DNA of 63,294 nucleotides, filler included, from Sphacelaria rigidula (lineage: Eukaryota): the NCBI GenBank assembly GCA_964200075.2. It is 10 parts of 10 records of this genome, joined end to end, with 100 filler letters (N's around TTAATTAATTAA, not from the genome) between each part and the next. Parts side by side here need not be neighbours in the genome. Positions count along the whole stretch, not along the records: positions 57,056 to 63,294 come from CAXNAA020021307.1; 9 more parts are not named here. One strand, given 5' to 3'. Shown in pieces: positions 60,410 through 63,294 of the stretch. Within the stretch, counting starts at the first letter, position 1. Each line of letters starts with the position of its first letter. The notes beneath the pieces are model-generated. The model was not told the DNA's origin. It worked only from the letters and a program-made list of their open reading frames with translations, and made no database searches. Made by a program: the position numbers and the translations under genes.

Positions 60410-63228
60410 TTGTTTATAGGAAGAACATCTGGGGTTTCGTTTCTTCTTTCGTATGGATCAGGAAACTCGTTTTTTTCTTTTTCGGGGGGGGGGGTGATCT
60501 TGCTACCTTAATAGCTGCTCGTAGAATCACACACAACCATTTGATTTCACCTTTCATGATGGTCAGAGGCAAAGGTATAGGGTGGCTAGCAGTGCAACCT
60601 TTGAAGCGAAGACGCAGCAGGAAGAAAAAAACAAGCTAGAGAGAATATCTACCGGTTTATAGGAAGAAACTAGATGTTCTTGGTGGAAATCAAAGTTACG
60701 ACTCACACAAGAATCGCAAGTGTTCATTTATTGTGCACATTTTGTCCAAATCGACCCTACATTGCTGATCAGAGGTGGTATTCTGTTTTAGGGCGGCATT
60801 CTTGCGTTTGAACGATTCATCAAAGTTAAACATTTATTTTTCAACAAATATTCATCAATGTAATAATAATAAGAGCTTGTTGAGTTCTTCAGCCTTTACT
60901 TTTGTTTCGGAGAAAGCACATCACAGGGGTATGTTTGGACATCTATCTGCACTTGACCGTGACTGTATTTATACAAATCCGACCCATTCCCACCATTACT
61001 TTGGGGTTGAGTTTTCCTCCGTGGATCTAATTTAATGGTGAGCGAAGAAACCGCGAAAACCACACATTTTTGACAGAAACGCCAACTCTCCGCTGAGTAC
61101 CCCGATGCTTTGTGTTTTCATATTGATTCAGCTAGCCCCGTGAGTTCGTTTCCCGCTATATTCTGTTTCTCGGGTCTAAACGTTTGTGGCGAAGACGGAC
61201 AGTTCGTAGCTGCTGACCGCCGTAGAATGTGGTTCTTCGATGAACATATCATTGTTCGTTTGCCGCCGGAGTAGAATTGTGAGAGCGTTGCGGGATTTCC
61301 TCGCGAGCGATGTTGACTTTTATGTTCCTAACCTCTTGCCGCAGTCAATGGGGTATCCCACTGTACCGTCGGCCAAGAGTTGGGGTGACTTTACGAGTAT
61401 TTCTCCTCAAACCCGACCCAGTACCGGGTAGACAACAGGAGAAATCAAATTTGCCTGGTTCTCATATGAAGGGTACCTAAGTTGAATCTCGACCGACTAC
61501 TCAATTTATGGTCGTGCGAAGTGATCGGGCCAACGTTTGCGTGGAACACCGACCGTATCTTGCCGCGTTGCAAGAACGGCGTACAATTTATGCCGGTTAT
61601 TCTGGAATATATTCCCCTTCCAATTCTGTGGTTAAAATGACCAGAACTATCCCGGTCTCGGCACTTTCCTGATAATGGCAGCTCATTCCCGCGACCAGTC
61701 TTACTACGCGAGAGACAGCCCTTACGGAGGTATTCATCCAGATCATCAGCTTCTGATATTACTTGTGTGGATATGTCGCATTAAAAAAAATGAATTTGCG
61801 GGTGAAATACAGCGACATGCGTACACCGCGGACCCCGATGGAAGGAACTCGTGAGTTTCCGTCGTCAGGACTCTCGACTTTGTGAAACTTGGCGGCGTAT
61901 TTCCCCGACACGGCGTGTATGCCTGCACCGGCGAATAGAAGAGCGCGGCCCCACTCCACGGTTCCTGTTCGAGCGGTTTGCCAACGAGGAACAAACCCCA
62001 GTGCGCCTACTTGGTGCGTGTTGGTGATCGATCACGCTCTCGACCAGCTCAAATGATGAAAAATGGGTCGGCTATTTGCAAAATTTGAAAGAGACTGAAA
62101 TTTTTATTTTGGTTGGGATAGTCAATTGAAGAGGACGCGATGCACCTCACTCGGCTGCAAACTGCCCTCCTGTGTTTTCCTTCTCACCAACGCCATTCGA
62201 CAACCACACACTTCTGCAACCTAATCCTACAAACAACAACAGAGTACCCGCGGTTTCGACAACAACCAACTGCTTACATCTAGCTAGGTAAGACTACGTA
62301 CACTGCTCCCCACAACTAGCGAGCCTAGAGAGGCTATGGCTTTGCACATGTCCCACATACTCTTCAGTACAACACTCTCAATTCTCGATACAACATATTC
62401 AAGTGCTCGATTCCACGGATACGACAAATCACCACGACTACGGATCACCAAATCCACAATTTCTTCGCCCTGGTTGCCCTGTTGCAACGGGTTGCAACGC
62501 TGTAAAACAAAGCCAAGGGTTTGATTCGTACGAGTCGAATCAATTATACTAAAACCAAGTAATTTCCAGACGAATCATTATTTGTCCGACCCTTGCTCGA
62601 TTCTGAAGGTAAACGCAACGTTCTTCACACGGTAAATACAAGACATCAACCATTTTTCCTGTACAGCTTCTCAACAACACTTCAGCTCCCGCCCGTCCCA
62701 TCGGTACGGCTTGTCATGTTGACGCTTCCCACCAGAGAGTGATCATCCGGACCGTCAAACTGTTCCATGTATTCCGCATCACCAGCGTTGGACACCTTTC
62801 GTCGTGCAGATGTGGGGCGTGGTGTGGACATGACGAATTTGCCGTACGTGTGAGGTCCCTTCGAAGTCGAAGATTGATGTAACATATCTTGCACTTTCGT
62901 TACGAAACACATTAACTACTGAGAGTAGGCGGATGAAAACGCACCCGCCCTTCATCACACTGAATCATAACGAATATGGAGGCGTGCGAGGTATTTTAGC
63001 CAAACCGCAGACTGGTACTAAACATGAGCGGATGAAATCGTAATTGTTCTGCGACATACCAGTGTCACTTTGACAAATGAATCTGGTCCAGTATACTCAA
63101 GACGTCACATATGTATATGTATATATATATACTGTAGGTACTCGTAGTATCGATCCCTTTTATCGAACTTGAGCGGCAGAGCTGAGGTTGGGCCTGCTAA
63201 AAAATGATACGAACAAATTGGTAGAGCA

Positions 63229-63250
63229 TTGTTGTTGTTGTTGTTGTTGT
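63229..63250. repeat. (TTG)n microsatellite
   Basis: About 7 units. Confidence 0.9.
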
Positions 63251-63294
63251 CTTCACATTAAAAGCCGTTCCGATATCTGCGCGGTACATTGGTA

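Noticed and set aside
62284..62912. Minus-strand ORF fragments
   Set aside because: Short, stop-interrupted and without a recognisable motif.

Overview
This is eukaryotic, repeat-rich DNA, not one continuous locus. It consists of ten scaffolds of 6240 bp (x4) and 6239 bp (x6), joined by nine artificial 100-nt linkers (N44-TTAATTAATTAA-N44) at 6241-6340, 12581-12680, 18921-19020, 25261-25360, 31600-31699, 37939-38038, 44278-44377, 50617-50716 and 56956-57055. That pattern fits a length-sorted draft assembly. GT-AG introns, intron-rich genes and the repeat types resemble a brown alga (Phaeophyceae, Ectocarpus-like); this is inference. Host genes: a multi-exon LRR gene with a C-terminal FFSHCW (HET-like) exon in scaffold 1, a TPR co-chaperone-like gene in scaffold 7, and a decayed orphan multi-exon gene in scaffold 9. 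Mobile DNA: a degenerate RTE-like LINE; a near-complete degenerate Gypsy with chromo- and Tudor-like integrase tails and a PBS-position motif complementary to the inferred LTR end; a tyrosine-recombinase remnant; two tRNA-derived SINE types; many MITE/foldback families; and a 1.3-kb element with near-identical 461-bp inverted arms that looks like an inverted-pLTR Penelope-like element. I see no prokaryotic system or CRISPR array. The most interesting candidates are the Penelope-like palindrome, the possibly self-priming Gypsy, and the LRR+HET-like gene.
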